The notes beneath the pieces are model-generated. The model saw nothing but the letters and a program-made list of their open reading frames with translations. It did not search any database and had not been told where the DNA came from. From an uncultured virus (IMG/VR IMGVR_UViG_3300028025_000094) (taxonomy: Duplodnaviria; Heunggongvirae; Uroviricota; Caudoviricetes), in IMG/VR virus record IMGVR_UViG_3300028025_000094: a stretch of DNA of 64,000 bases. One strand, written 5' to 3'. The translations under genes and the position numbers were made by a program. Within the stretch, counting starts at the first letter, position 1. Each line of letters starts with the position of its first letter. Shown here piece by piece: positions 40,501 through 49,847 of this stretch.

Positions 40501-41285
40501 ATTCTGCTGCAGCTACCGCACCTCTAAAAATAATCTACGCAACTAGAGTTAAGAAATCATATTATGTTCCCAAAGGAGGTATTATCTCTTCAAGAAATCT
40601 CTATGACTTTAGTGATAATTTCACATGGGATGAAATGAACGCAGGGAGACAAGATGGATACAACCAATTAATGAAAGAAATGCATTTTACTTTCGATAAT
40701 TACACAACCGGAAACATATACGAAAGACTTGGATGCACGGTAGAGAAAGGAGATATCTTGGTAGACGTTGGTGCTAATATAGGTGCATTTGCAAATTATG
40801 CATATCACAAAGGAGCAGAAAAAATCTATTGCTTTGAACCGGCTGATATAGCATTCGAATGCCTTGTTAGAAATAAACCAGAAGGTGCAGAGACTTTTAA
40901 ATCTGCAGTGGGAAATCGATACGGCATGGTTAAGATAACTTTACCAAGTGCAGACGACACTATGAGTGGATCTTCATTTATCGATAAAGGTGTTTCTAAC
41001 TACTGCCCAATAATTCCTATCGACTTCTTATTTAGCCAAGGTGTATTGGAAAAAATAGATTTTCTAAAGATTGATTGCGAAGGAGCAGAGCTTGATGTTA
41101 TTGATGGCATCTCCGAAGAAAATCTCGCAAAGATCTCTAAGATAGCATTAGAATTTCACGCAAATTATTTAACAGAGGAAGATTCGGAAAAAATCATACA
41201 AAGATTGACGAATGCCGGATTTAAATCATTTCAATTATTCTTAGGAAATGGGGAACTTAGAATTTATAACTTCTGGAGAGGTTAA
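37542..41285 (+). CDS. Multidomain GT4 glycosyltransferase + central domain + two FkbM-type methyltransferases
   Basis: PHLSTGG, NVGLFTARKNQ, ETSPLVIREA (GT-B); LDIGANVG/KIDIEGAE and VDVGANIG/KIDCEGAE. ORF track starts at 37521. Confidence 0.8.
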   Translation: MVKKKLLFVAPHLSTGGLPQYLFKKIETLINDYEIHVIEWDNHTGGRLVVQRNRIVNIIPPERFYTLGKNKKEIVDLISRIEPDFIHIEEMPEYFMPYDIAKEIYVTDRKYKIFETSHDSSFNPDNKKFFPDKLLLVSNYQMEMLKSLDIPMELAEYPIEYKERPAREQALAELGMDPEYKHVINVGLFTARKNQAEIFEYARQMTDYKIKFHFIGNQADNFKFYWEPLMNNKPENCVYWGERSDVHKFYEAADLFLFTSRGFNSDKETSPLVIREAIGHQVPSLIYNLSVYQNMYDKYDNIQYLNNDGDNIDKILSVLGIVKEEKLIEEIEFEEVIDSDDKDEFKKISIIDVYATTEDKLQLLRDCIKSVRKLGHPIMCVSHCTLPEDIVKSLDYHLFDADNSFNNNHVHSFKTQDNVTVNANIRRSHEFPIIRSMRLAMNAAKKLGFDYFYLTEFDHDYSDNGIKQIKDLESRMLSEGRDITFFYPSSAVFGDIVGQYYDTCFFFGKLDYFIEKFESYFPQTLEEYNSRFAIRFPNCLEHFFYELFKGENVLLIPDYVKGYFSDSLINISSYRDTDYKILIGSDDNPYLVVTNSNITDYEYEIYQDNKMIDSYIINGSFKLTKIEKEGKITIKIYRDGLLSETQEIEHRESKREEYLADGSISLPTNNIETKNMELKDLGLKMSLPISDTYIPEENKFVFKYLEATTERYSVAVKDIDSRACIYKSELDPLPAGHSWWVIPLPKIVIDFANDPTFGGFLIEFRNTRGELVETRERRLKEIPFKKLVMDISDTEPIFMNYEEFFVQKVYDSVDLDNCKTVLDIGANVGLWSKYIISRNAKNVYSFEPNKKAIEHLKKTLSNDRGTTVIEKAVYKERDTLNFYIDDTNSLTSSLLSNSGHKPSYEVDAITLEDAINLTGESKIDLVKIDIEGAEFDIIETTTQEVFDRINCFLIEYHDFYFDNGMAKVDALENKLKEAGYRVQRLSDSAAATAPLKIIYATRVKKSYYVPKGGIISSRNLYDFSDNFTWDEMNAGRQDGYNQLMKEMHFTFDNYTTGNIYERLGCTVEKGDILVDVGANIGAFANYAYHKGAEKIYCFEPADIAFECLVRNKPEGAETFKSAVGNRYGMVKITLPSADDTMSGSSFIDKGVSNYCPIIPIDFLFSQGVLEKIDFLKIDCEGAELDVIDGISEENLAKISKIALEFHANYLTEEDSEKIIQRLTNAGFKSFQLFLGNGELRIYNFWRG

Positions 41286-41286
41286 T

Positions 41287-42087
41287 ATGAATATAGTGAT
41301 ATATTCGGATAAGAACTATGAACATCAAGTAAAAAATTTCATTAGATCCCTCGCTTATGGAGGTATAGAAAACTATAGGGTTTTTTATTACGGCATAGGA
41401 TTTAATTCTTCAATTAAATCCGATAAGGTAGTAAACATATACTGGAGGAAAGATTCAAGAAATTTTGAATTTTATAAACCAGAGATTTGTCTGGATGCCC
41501 TTAATTATGTTAAAGAAAATATATTTTATTTTGATGCTGATATAATTCTTTCGAAGAGATTTTATAAAATGCCGGTTGAGCTTGGAAAATCATATCCAAC
41601 TTTCTCTAAAGGACCGATAGAATATCCATTTACCTTCTGGAGGGATTCTAAAGGAACAACAACTTTTGATGAGACAAAATTAATGAATTATCTAGGGGTG
41701 AAGGAAAGATTAATGCATTATGTGATGGCATGTTTCTTTACCTATGATGAAAACTCTAGGGATTTTTTAGAAGAGTATATGTCATTTTGTAAAAATGAAT
41801 ATCTACTTAAGCAGTCGCAATCTATGTATGCTTTTACCGATGAAACAATAGCTAATGTTCTTCTTTGGAAAAGAGGAATAAGCGATAGCTACGGAAGGTA
41901 CTTTGTTAACACACACAAATTTAGTACATTCAAATTGTGTGAGGAAAATGAGGATATAAAGGATTTATTTATTGACGGAAATCATTATGAGCAATGCGAG
42001 GATTCAAGTCAGGTTTACTTTTATCACGCAACTAAGATTAAAGAAGAGAATGAAAAAATTTTAAAATACATCAATGAGAATAGTTAA
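41287..42087 (+). CDS. Putative DxD (GT-A-like) nucleotide-sugar transferase
   Basis: FYKPEIC, YFDADIIL, FTDETIANVLLW; ATG 41287 directly follows the upstream stop. Confidence 0.55.
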   Translation: MNIVIYSDKNYEHQVKNFIRSLAYGGIENYRVFYYGIGFNSSIKSDKVVNIYWRKDSRNFEFYKPEICLDALNYVKENIFYFDADIILSKRFYKMPVELGKSYPTFSKGPIEYPFTFWRDSKGTTTFDETKLMNYLGVKERLMHYVMACFFTYDENSRDFLEEYMSFCKNEYLLKQSQSMYAFTDETIANVLLWKRGISDSYGRYFVNTHKFSTFKLCEENEDIKDLFIDGNHYEQCEDSSQVYFYHATKIKEENEKILKYINENS

Positions 42088-44215
42088 TATTACCCCTGGT
42101 CTATTACCCATTCCTCCTAACGGATGGGGAGCGGTAGAAAAAATTATATGGGAAAATCATCAGAATTTATTGGAGATTGGACACGATGCTAAGATACTTT
42201 ATACCGATGAGGTTAATAAAGGAGATTTTGATGTTGTTCATGTGCATGTCGCAAACCTTGCTAATATTTTAGCAGGGAGAGGTATACCTTATATCTTTAC
42301 GTTCCACGATCACCATGCGTTTTTGTATGGGAAAGATTCTGGTGTATTTAAGGAAAATATGAAGGCTATTGAAAGTTCTTTAGTAACCTTGGTTCCTGCT
42401 AAATTTTTAGTTGATTACTTTGATCATCCAAACGTCCAGTATTTTAGTCATGGTGTCAATCCTGACGTTTTCAAAAACAATATAGTAGATTACGACCCAC
42501 CGGTTTTTCATAAATTATTATGTGTTGCAAATAACGGATGGGCCAATGATCCATCAGCAGATAGGAAAGGATTTTCCCTAGCAATCCAAGCAGCTATGGA
42601 ATTAGATCTTCCTATAACCATAGCAGGCCCGGAGAATAATAAAAAGTACTTCGAACAAAATCCTTCAGAATATTATAATCTTTCCATTCTTTATAATCTG
42701 ACGGAAGAAGAACTAATTAAGACATATAGAGAACATACTATTTTTTTACACCCGTCCATTCTAGAAGCTGGACATCCTAATTTAACCTTACTTGAAGCAA
42801 TGTCGTGTGGACTTCCTGTAGTTGGAACATACGAGGAGGATAATGAACTACCTGGACTATATAAAATAGAAAGAGATGTTAAATTACTTAAGGATGGAAT
42901 AAAAGATGTTATAAGCAATTTTAAAACATATAGAGGGAATGCCATCGAGACATCTAAGAATCTTTCTTGGAAAAATCGAACCATAGAGCTTCTTAAGATC
43001 TATAAAAAATACACAGAAAGAAATATGAGAGATACTCTAATTAATGCATACGAGAATACCCCTATAAGATCAGTATCTCCCAAAAAACAAAAGAATGATG
43101 TTAGATATAATTTCATCGGAGGTCCTTTTGTTGAAATAGTAGGATCTATAGAAAATAAATACAAGGTAGAATTTATTGATAAAAAGCAGGGAGTAATAGT
43201 TCACACTTCCAATATTGGAAATAATATGTGGACCAGATGTTCAAGAAAATATTGCACTGATTGGGAAATAGTAATAACACCAGAAAACAAAATAGAAGAA
43301 CCCACAGTTATTAAATTTAATCCGGCTGGACAAAGAGTTTATGTCTCTTTAGATTCTAAATCCCTCGGAGACACCTTAGCTTGGTTTCCAATGGTAGATG
43401 AATTTAGAAAGAAGTGGGATTGCAAAGTTATCTGCTCTACATTCAGAAACGAATTTTTTAGAAACACTTATCCAGAAATAGAATTTGTAAACCCAGGAAC
43501 ATCCGTAGATAATATTTATGCGATGTTTAATATTGGATGGTATTATTTTGAGAATGGAACAATGGATCTATCTAAAGTACCTAGTGATTTCAGAATGATG
43601 CCTCTACAAAAAACTGCATCGGACGTTCTTGGATTAGATTACAAGGAGGTTTTACCTAAATTGGATAAATCAAAGGTTCAAAGGCAGATAGAAGGAAAAT
43701 ATGTTTGTATAGCACCACATGCTTCTGCTTTAGCAAAATATTGGAACAGACCTGGTGGATGGCAAAAAGTAATTGACTTTTTAAATGAGAAGGGTTACAA
43801 AGTAGTTTATATCAGTCAAGAACCTATGGATGGAGCATGGCACGATTCTAAACTAGGAGGAACTTTAAAAAATGTGATTAATAAATCAGGAGATCTTCCT
43901 TTAAGTGATAGGTTCGCAGATCTTTGTTATGCAGATTACTTTATTGGAGTAGGAAGTGGTTTAAGCTGGTTAGCTTGGGCCTCCGGAGTAAAAACAATGA
44001 TGATCTCAGGATTTAGCAAGCCCTTTACTGAATTCGAAACAAACTGTGATCGTTTATTTAACGAAAGTGTTTGTAATGGATGCTTTAATACACACAAATT
44101 AGATCCGGGTGATTGGAGATGGTGTCCAGTACATAAAGGCACAGAAAGAGAATTTGAGTGTACGAAAACCATCACAGAGCATCAAATAATGGACATTCTC
44201 GACCAGCGCCTTTAA
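42074..44215 (+). CDS. GT4 glycosyltransferase fused to a TibC/Aah-like protein O-heptosyltransferase
   Basis: IPPNGWGAVEK...EAGHPNLTLLEAMSCG (GT4); SLGDTLAWFP, FIGVGSGLSWLAW, CNGC...WCPVHKGTEREFEC iron-finger. Confidence 0.8.
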   Translation: MRIVNITPGLLPIPPNGWGAVEKIIWENHQNLLEIGHDAKILYTDEVNKGDFDVVHVHVANLANILAGRGIPYIFTFHDHHAFLYGKDSGVFKENMKAIESSLVTLVPAKFLVDYFDHPNVQYFSHGVNPDVFKNNIVDYDPPVFHKLLCVANNGWANDPSADRKGFSLAIQAAMELDLPITIAGPENNKKYFEQNPSEYYNLSILYNLTEEELIKTYREHTIFLHPSILEAGHPNLTLLEAMSCGLPVVGTYEEDNELPGLYKIERDVKLLKDGIKDVISNFKTYRGNAIETSKNLSWKNRTIELLKIYKKYTERNMRDTLINAYENTPIRSVSPKKQKNDVRYNFIGGPFVEIVGSIENKYKVEFIDKKQGVIVHTSNIGNNMWTRCSRKYCTDWEIVITPENKIEEPTVIKFNPAGQRVYVSLDSKSLGDTLAWFPMVDEFRKKWDCKVICSTFRNEFFRNTYPEIEFVNPGTSVDNIYAMFNIGWYYFENGTMDLSKVPSDFRMMPLQKTASDVLGLDYKEVLPKLDKSKVQRQIEGKYVCIAPHASALAKYWNRPGGWQKVIDFLNEKGYKVVYISQEPMDGAWHDSKLGGTLKNVINKSGDLPLSDRFADLCYADYFIGVGSGLSWLAWASGVKTMMISGFSKPFTEFETNCDRLFNESVCNGCFNTHKLDPGDWRWCPVHKGTEREFECTKTITEHQIMDILDQRL

Positions 44216-44278
44216 ATTTTTACGATTAGAAATCACTAAATATATAATTTCCCAACCCCCACAAAATAAAAATAATAA

Positions 44279-46546
44279 ATGGAAGTAATTAAGAGAAACG
44301 GAGAAAAGAGCAAACTTGACGCGGAAAAAATCAATAAGGTTTTAATGTGGGCTACAGAAAATATCTCAGGAGTAAGTGCATCAGATGTGGCTATGAACGC
44401 CCATATCCAGTTCTATCAGGGAATTAAAACAACAGAAATTCATAATGTTCTAGTGCAGTCTGCAGTAGATCTGATATCTGAAAAAACCCCAAACTATCAG
44501 TATGTTGCAGCTAATCTTCTGAATTATCTTTTAAGAAAGGAAGCTCTAGAAGTGAATGGCGAGAATCTCCCACCATTGTTTGATATTGTTAGCCGAAACG
44601 TAGAGCTTGGATTTTATGATCAAATAATTCTTGACAAGTATACTGAATCTGAATTTGGAGAATTAAATCTTTATATGAGACATAATAGAGATTATGAATT
44701 CACCTATGCTGGAATTCAACAACTAATTGATAAGTACCTAGTTAAAGATAGAACCACAGGAAAATCATACGAGACACCTCAATATGCTTTCATGTTAATT
44801 GCAATGACAGTTTTCATGGATCATGAGCCTAATGAAAAACTATTTCATATAAAAGAATTATATGATTTAATTTCTCTAAAAAAGATTTCTTTACCAACCC
44901 CGGTGATGGCAGGTATTAGAACTCCTAACCGTCAGTACAGTTCTTGTACCCTAATTGAAATAGGTGATTCTTTAAAATCAATTTTCCACGGCGATGTTGC
45001 TATTGGAGAGTATGTTGCGAGAAGAGCTGGTATTGGTATTAATGCAGGATCTATTAGAGCTCAAGGATCTAAAGTTAGAAGTGGTGAGGTTGTTCACACC
45101 GGAGTAATTCCTTTCTTTAGAAAATTCCAATCAACACTTCATTCATGCTCACAGGGTGGTATCAGAAAAGGATCTGCTACTCTATATTTCCCGTGGTGGC
45201 ATAAAGAGATTGAAGATGTCCTAGTTCTTAAGAACAATAAAGGAACTGATGATAACCGTGTACGTCATATTGACTATGCTATTCAGTTTGACAAGATGTT
45301 CTATAAAAGATTTATAGAGAACGGAGAGATTTCTTTATTTAGTCCTAATGACGTTCCTGGATTATACGAGGCGTTTGGATATAATGATCAATTTGAAGAG
45401 CTTTATACTAAATACGAAAAGAATAAGAAAATAGTTCGCAAAACTATTAAGGCTAGAGATCTAATGAACACATTTGCCCAGGAGAGAATCGGAACTGGTA
45501 GAATGTATGTTCATAACATCGACAATACAAATACGAATACACCATTCAAAGATAAAATCAGAATGAGCAATCTATGTGTAGAAATTGCTTTGCCAACTAA
45601 TCCGATCAATCATATTGATAATGGAGATGATACTCCAGACGAAATTGCACTTTGTGTTCTAGCAGCACACAATTTAGGAACAATTAAAAACAACGAAGAA
45701 CTTTATAAGTGTTCTGAGTATATTGTACGCATTTTAGATTTCGTTGTGGAATTCCAGGATTATCCAGTTGCTGCAGCTCTGAAGATGAAGAAGCGTAGAT
45801 CCCTTGGTGTTGGAGTTACTAACTTTGCATATTGGTTAGCTAAGAATGATTTAAAATATTCTGACAATTCATCACTAGTAAAGGTTGATGAGTTATTCGA
45901 ACATATTCAATACTCACTTCTGAAAGCATCTAATAAATTGGCAAAAGAAAAGGGTGCATGTGAATGGTTCGACAGAACAACATATTCTGATGGTGTTATG
46001 CCAATAGATCGTTACAATAAAAATGTAGACGAATTAGTTAAAAGAGAATACTCTTGCGATTGGGACACATTAAGAAAAGAGATTGTAACTCACGGTTTAA
46101 GAAACTCTGTACTTACGGCTATTATGCCTGCAGAAAGCTCAGCAGTGGTCCAAAACGCAACGAACGGGATTGAACCAATTAGATCATTGGTGACAATCAA
46201 GAAGTCAAAATCTGGCTTAATTAAGCAGGTTGTACCTGAGATCGCTAAGTTGAAAAACAAATACGAGTTAGCATACGATATGCAGGACAACAAGGGATAT
46301 AGTAATATTTGTGCAGTTATTCAAAAATGGATCGACCAATCAATCTCTGCCAACCATTATTACCAGTACAGCTTAGATGGTATTTCTCTATCCGGGGTAA
46401 TTAAGGATCTTTTGCATTCCTATAAATATGGCATGAAAACCCTCTATTATGCTAACACAGACGACAAAAAGTCAGATAACATCGAAACTATGGGTGAATC
46501 AAATGCTATGGATACAGGATGTGAAGGTGGAGCATGTGCTATATAA
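44279..46546 (+). CDS. nrdA: Ribonucleotide reductase class Ia alpha subunit
   Basis: ATP cone VIKRNG, SSCTL, SNLCVEI, TLYY, C-terminal CEGGACAI. Confidence 0.97.
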   Translation: MEVIKRNGEKSKLDAEKINKVLMWATENISGVSASDVAMNAHIQFYQGIKTTEIHNVLVQSAVDLISEKTPNYQYVAANLLNYLLRKEALEVNGENLPPLFDIVSRNVELGFYDQIILDKYTESEFGELNLYMRHNRDYEFTYAGIQQLIDKYLVKDRTTGKSYETPQYAFMLIAMTVFMDHEPNEKLFHIKELYDLISLKKISLPTPVMAGIRTPNRQYSSCTLIEIGDSLKSIFHGDVAIGEYVARRAGIGINAGSIRAQGSKVRSGEVVHTGVIPFFRKFQSTLHSCSQGGIRKGSATLYFPWWHKEIEDVLVLKNNKGTDDNRVRHIDYAIQFDKMFYKRFIENGEISLFSPNDVPGLYEAFGYNDQFEELYTKYEKNKKIVRKTIKARDLMNTFAQERIGTGRMYVHNIDNTNTNTPFKDKIRMSNLCVEIALPTNPINHIDNGDDTPDEIALCVLAAHNLGTIKNNEELYKCSEYIVRILDFVVEFQDYPVAAALKMKKRRSLGVGVTNFAYWLAKNDLKYSDNSSLVKVDELFEHIQYSLLKASNKLAKEKGACEWFDRTTYSDGVMPIDRYNKNVDELVKREYSCDWDTLRKEIVTHGLRNSVLTAIMPAESSAVVQNATNGIEPIRSLVTIKKSKSGLIKQVVPEIAKLKNKYELAYDMQDNKGYSNICAVIQKWIDQSISANHYYQYSLDGISLSGVIKDLLHSYKYGMKTLYYANTDDKKSDNIETMGESNAMDTGCEGGACAI

Positions 46547-46575
46547 ACAATTAAAAATTAAAAATTAAATAAAAA

Positions 46576-47646
46576 ATGAAGAACATTATCAATCTTAGGG
46601 AAGTAGACTACACGAAAGAACCCTTATTTTTTGGGGAGGAATTATCTATCCAGAGATACGATAAATTTAGGTATGAGAAAATCTTCAATATGTTCAAACA
46701 GCAAATCTCATATTTTTGGAGACCAGAAGAGGTAAATCTAAGCAGGGACAAGGGCGACTTTAATGCACTAACAGACCATGAGAGGTTTATTTTTACCAAA
46801 AATTTAGGTTATCAAATACTTCTAGATTCTGTACAGTCTAGAGGAATTTCACACCTGCTGGATGATTGCTCAAATCCAGAGTCTGAGCTTTTTGCTAAGA
46901 CGTGGGAGTTTTTTGAAACACTACATTCTTATTCTTATACCTATATCATTAAGAATGTTTATCCTAATGCTAGTGATGTTTTTGATACAATCTTAAAAGA
47001 CGATGAGATTTTAAAAAGAACAACATCAGTTACCAAATATTATGACGATCTTATTGATCGAATTCCAGATGATAGTATTGATGCTAAGAAAAAGAAATTA
47101 TATCTAACGATTGTTTCTATTAACATTCTTGAAGGAATTAGATTCTATGTTTCTTTTGCTTGCTCTTATTGCTTTGCGCAGAATAAGAAAATGGAGGGAA
47201 ATGCTAAGATCATCTCTTTAATTAATAGGGATGAAAATCTACATATGGGATTTAGCACACACCTTCTTAGATTATTATCCGATGAACCTTCTGAGGGATT
47301 CCAACACATTGTTAAAGAGTGTGAAGAAATAGTATATCAGATGTACAGGGATGCAGCTTCCGAGGAAATGGAATGGGCAAAATATCTTTTCAAGGACGGA
47401 ACAATGATCGGATTGAATTCAGAAATTCTAATTCAATACATGAAATGGCTAACCAATAATAGATTGAAGTCTATTAAACTTAACCCAATCTTTGATAAAG
47501 TTCCAAATCCAATTAGCTGGATAACAAACTGGACAGAGAGTAAATCAATTCAGGAAGCACCTCAGGAAACTGAGAAAGAAACATACGTTGTCGGTGCATT
47601 TCAACAACTTGATGAGAATGAAAATTTTGATGAATTCAGCATGTAA
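46576..47646 (+). CDS. nrdB: Ribonucleotide reductase class Ia beta subunit
   Basis: FWRPEEV, LDSVQ, ETLHSYSY, LEGIRFYVSF, RDENLH. Confidence 0.97.
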   Translation: MKNIINLREVDYTKEPLFFGEELSIQRYDKFRYEKIFNMFKQQISYFWRPEEVNLSRDKGDFNALTDHERFIFTKNLGYQILLDSVQSRGISHLLDDCSNPESELFAKTWEFFETLHSYSYTYIIKNVYPNASDVFDTILKDDEILKRTTSVTKYYDDLIDRIPDDSIDAKKKKLYLTIVSINILEGIRFYVSFACSYCFAQNKKMEGNAKIISLINRDENLHMGFSTHLLRLLSDEPSEGFQHIVKECEEIVYQMYRDAASEEMEWAKYLFKDGTMIGLNSEILIQYMKWLTNNRLKSIKLNPIFDKVPNPISWITNWTESKSIQEAPQETEKETYVVGAFQQLDENENFDEFSM

Positions 47647-47661
47647 AAATATTTGAAAATA

Positions 47662-48855
47662 ATGTCCAAAAAGAAAATAGAGAAAACAGAAAGAGCTAGC
47701 GTTTGTCTAGTGATGATAGTAAAGAATGAAAGCGAGGTTATCAGAAGATGTATAGAATCTGTTAAGGATTATATAGATTATTGGGTTATCTGTGATACGG
47801 GATCGACCGACGATACCAAAAAAATCATTCAGGAAACAATGGATGAGTTTGGGATCAAGGGTGAACTCCACGACAGCGAATGGGTAGATTACGGAGTAAA
47901 CAGAACGGAGAGCTTAAATCTTTCCAAAGGCAAGGGTGATTATAGATTAATCATAGATGCTGACGATTATTTAGATGTAGGGGATCCTGATAAATTATTT
48001 ACTGACTTGACCGAGGATTCTTATAAGATAAGAATGAAGCTGGGGGAAATAACTTATTTCAGAACCCAGATAATTAGATCTAACCAGGACTGGAAGTACA
48101 TTGGTGTTTTACACGAGTATCTAGAAGGACCAAAGGGTATTGAATTAACGGAGGGTTATATCGAGGAAGCCCAGATGATAGCTTCAGTTAGCGGAGACAC
48201 TAGAGATATTAAAGGACAATCCAAGTATTATAATGATGCATTAATTTTCGAAAGAGAGCTGGTAACAAAACCAGATCTTGATGAGGGATTAAAAGCTAGA
48301 TATCAGTTTTATCTAGCTCAAAGTTATAGAGATGCCCAGATGTACGACAGATCAATTAAGGAGTACGAGAAAAGGGTGGAGCTTGGTGGATGGCCAGAGG
48401 AGGTTTATATTTCTCTTTATATGATAGCTAAAATGAAAATGGCTCTAAATCAATCCGAAGAGTTGGTTAATGACGCATTCATGAAAGCTTGGGAATTTAG
48501 ACCGGTAAGACTGGAAGCGCCTTATGTCTTAATTAGACATCTTGTTTCTAAGAAAAGATACTTCTACGCTTTTACCATTGCATCTATGTGTCTTAGAATG
48601 AGACCTTGTGACGATATTCTTTTCGTTGAAAATGAGATCTGGAAATGGAAAATGACCGATGAGTATTCAGTTCTTGCTTATTACACAGGAAATATCAAGG
48701 AAGCTTATGTTGCGTGTAAATCCATAATAGAATTACCCGAATATGAGGATCTTACTTTGAGCGAGAAAGAAAGGATCAAAAAGAACTTCGAAACCTTTGA
48801 AAAGATCTATAATGAGCACGTCCTTAATAAAAAGGTTGAATCCCAGGAGTCATAG
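47662..48855 (+). CDS. GT2 glycosyltransferase with TPR-like C-terminus
   Basis: VMIVKNE, CDTGSTD, IDADD, GVLHEY, YQFYLAQSYRD. Confidence 0.85.
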   Translation: MSKKKIEKTERASVCLVMIVKNESEVIRRCIESVKDYIDYWVICDTGSTDDTKKIIQETMDEFGIKGELHDSEWVDYGVNRTESLNLSKGKGDYRLIIDADDYLDVGDPDKLFTDLTEDSYKIRMKLGEITYFRTQIIRSNQDWKYIGVLHEYLEGPKGIELTEGYIEEAQMIASVSGDTRDIKGQSKYYNDALIFERELVTKPDLDEGLKARYQFYLAQSYRDAQMYDRSIKEYEKRVELGGWPEEVYISLYMIAKMKMALNQSEELVNDAFMKAWEFRPVRLEAPYVLIRHLVSKKRYFYAFTIASMCLRMRPCDDILFVENEIWKWKMTDEYSVLAYYTGNIKEAYVACKSIIELPEYEDLTLSEKERIKKNFETFEKIYNEHVLNKKVESQES

Positions 48856-48866
48856 GAATGTATTTG

Positions 48867-48874
48867 GATATATA
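48867..48874 (+). promoter_or_regulatory. Putative late promoter GATATATA
   Basis: 19 nt upstream of 48894. Confidence 0.7.
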
Positions 48875-48893
48875 AATCGATTAAAAGATTTAT

Positions 48894-49436
48894 ATGAAAA
48901 AATACTCAGATTTTATAAAAGCCATCAACGAGGGCAGTGGAGAGGAATTCATTAAGATTATAGATGATGATAAGCCATTTGCAGGTCCTGTTGACAAGGT
49001 TCATAAAAAGAAGCTGATTGATGAAATCGAAGAATACCTTCTAGGTAAGGAAAACGGATTCATACAATATGTAGCAGTTTCTGCAGATATCCCTACTAGC
49101 GGAAGTAGAAAGCCTGCTTATTTAGCAGACATTCTTCCCGTTGTTAAGAGAACAAGAACCCCAGATCCATCTGAGAGAGCACCAGACGATAAACCAGACG
49201 ATGTGAATGTTTTCGTCGATGTTGAGTTTGAAGTTGTTGGGGTACAAAGACAAATAAAGGAGGTTGATATAATAGATCAAACAACCGGAGAAAAAATAGG
49301 TACTAAAACAGTGGATGATTCTAAAATTATAGGAATGCCATATTCTTTAAGAAGAAAAGGAATCACTACACCAATTTCCCCAAATGATGTTTGGGAAATG
49401 TCGTTCAAAAGAAAACCTAAAAAAGTTGGCCCTTAA
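48894..49436 (+). CDS. Hypothetical protein with capsid-targeting-like N-terminus
   Basis: MKKYSDFIKAINE. Confidence 0.7.
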   Translation: MKKYSDFIKAINEGSGEEFIKIIDDDKPFAGPVDKVHKKKLIDEIEEYLLGKENGFIQYVAVSADIPTSGSRKPAYLADILPVVKRTRTPDPSERAPDDKPDDVNVFVDVEFEVVGVQRQIKEVDIIDQTTGEKIGTKTVDDSKIIGMPYSLRRKGITTPISPNDVWEMSFKRKPKKVGP

Positions 49437-49812
49437 AAAATATACACAGTTCATCGATCCCCAATTAATAGAAATATCAATTGGGGATCATCTTTTTGAG
49501 GTGGAGCTATGTAAGGACTTTGAGAAAGGACTTTCTCAAAGGGCTAAAATCGGATGTGAAGGAATGATTTTTATCTTTCCTGAACCAAGAGATGCTCAAT
49601 TCCATATGAAGGATTGTAAATTTCCTCTTGACATTCTTTTCTGTAAAGACGGAGGAGTTAAACAAATTTCAGCAGATTGTCCCCCATGCACAGGAGAAGA
49701 TTGCGAAAAATATATTTGTGAAGACTGCGATGTTGTTATAGAACTTCCAGCAGGCACGTGTTTTAAACTCGGTATTACTACAGGTTTTTCCTGTCAAATT
49801 CTCAATCACTAA
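49426..49812 (+). CDS. DUF192-family protein
   Basis: KGLSQR, GMIFIF, FHMKDCKFPLDILF, VIELPAG; probable TTG start at 49426 (MALKKYTQFI). Confidence 0.75.
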   Translation: MALKKYTQFIDPQLIEISIGDHLFEVELCKDFEKGLSQRAKIGCEGMIFIFPEPRDAQFHMKDCKFPLDILFCKDGGVKQISADCPPCTGEDCEKYICEDCDVVIELPAGTCFKLGITTGFSCQILNH

Positions 49813-49814
49813 AC

Positions 49815-49842
49815 GGAACCATATTCCTAATTTTTAGTATAA
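49815..49842 (+). promoter_or_regulatory. Putative ECF-like promoter GGAAC-N16-AGTATAA
   Basis: Variant of the bipartite motif just upstream of 49848. Confidence 0.4.
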
Positions 49843-49847
49843 TATTC

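Noticed and set aside
37542..44215. Glycosyltransferases as DNA hypermodification enzymes
   Set aside because: No base-modifying genes such as a hydroxymethylase are in the window, and the TibC-like domain and fibre adjacency favour protein acceptors. Not fully excluded for the GT4 domains.
44279..47646. Introns or inteins in nrdA/nrdB
   Set aside because: Both have normal length and contiguous motifs.
47620..47648. GAAAA-N17-TGTAAAA as an ECF-like promoter for GT2
   Set aside because: Spacing is off, and the match is weak in AT-rich sequence.
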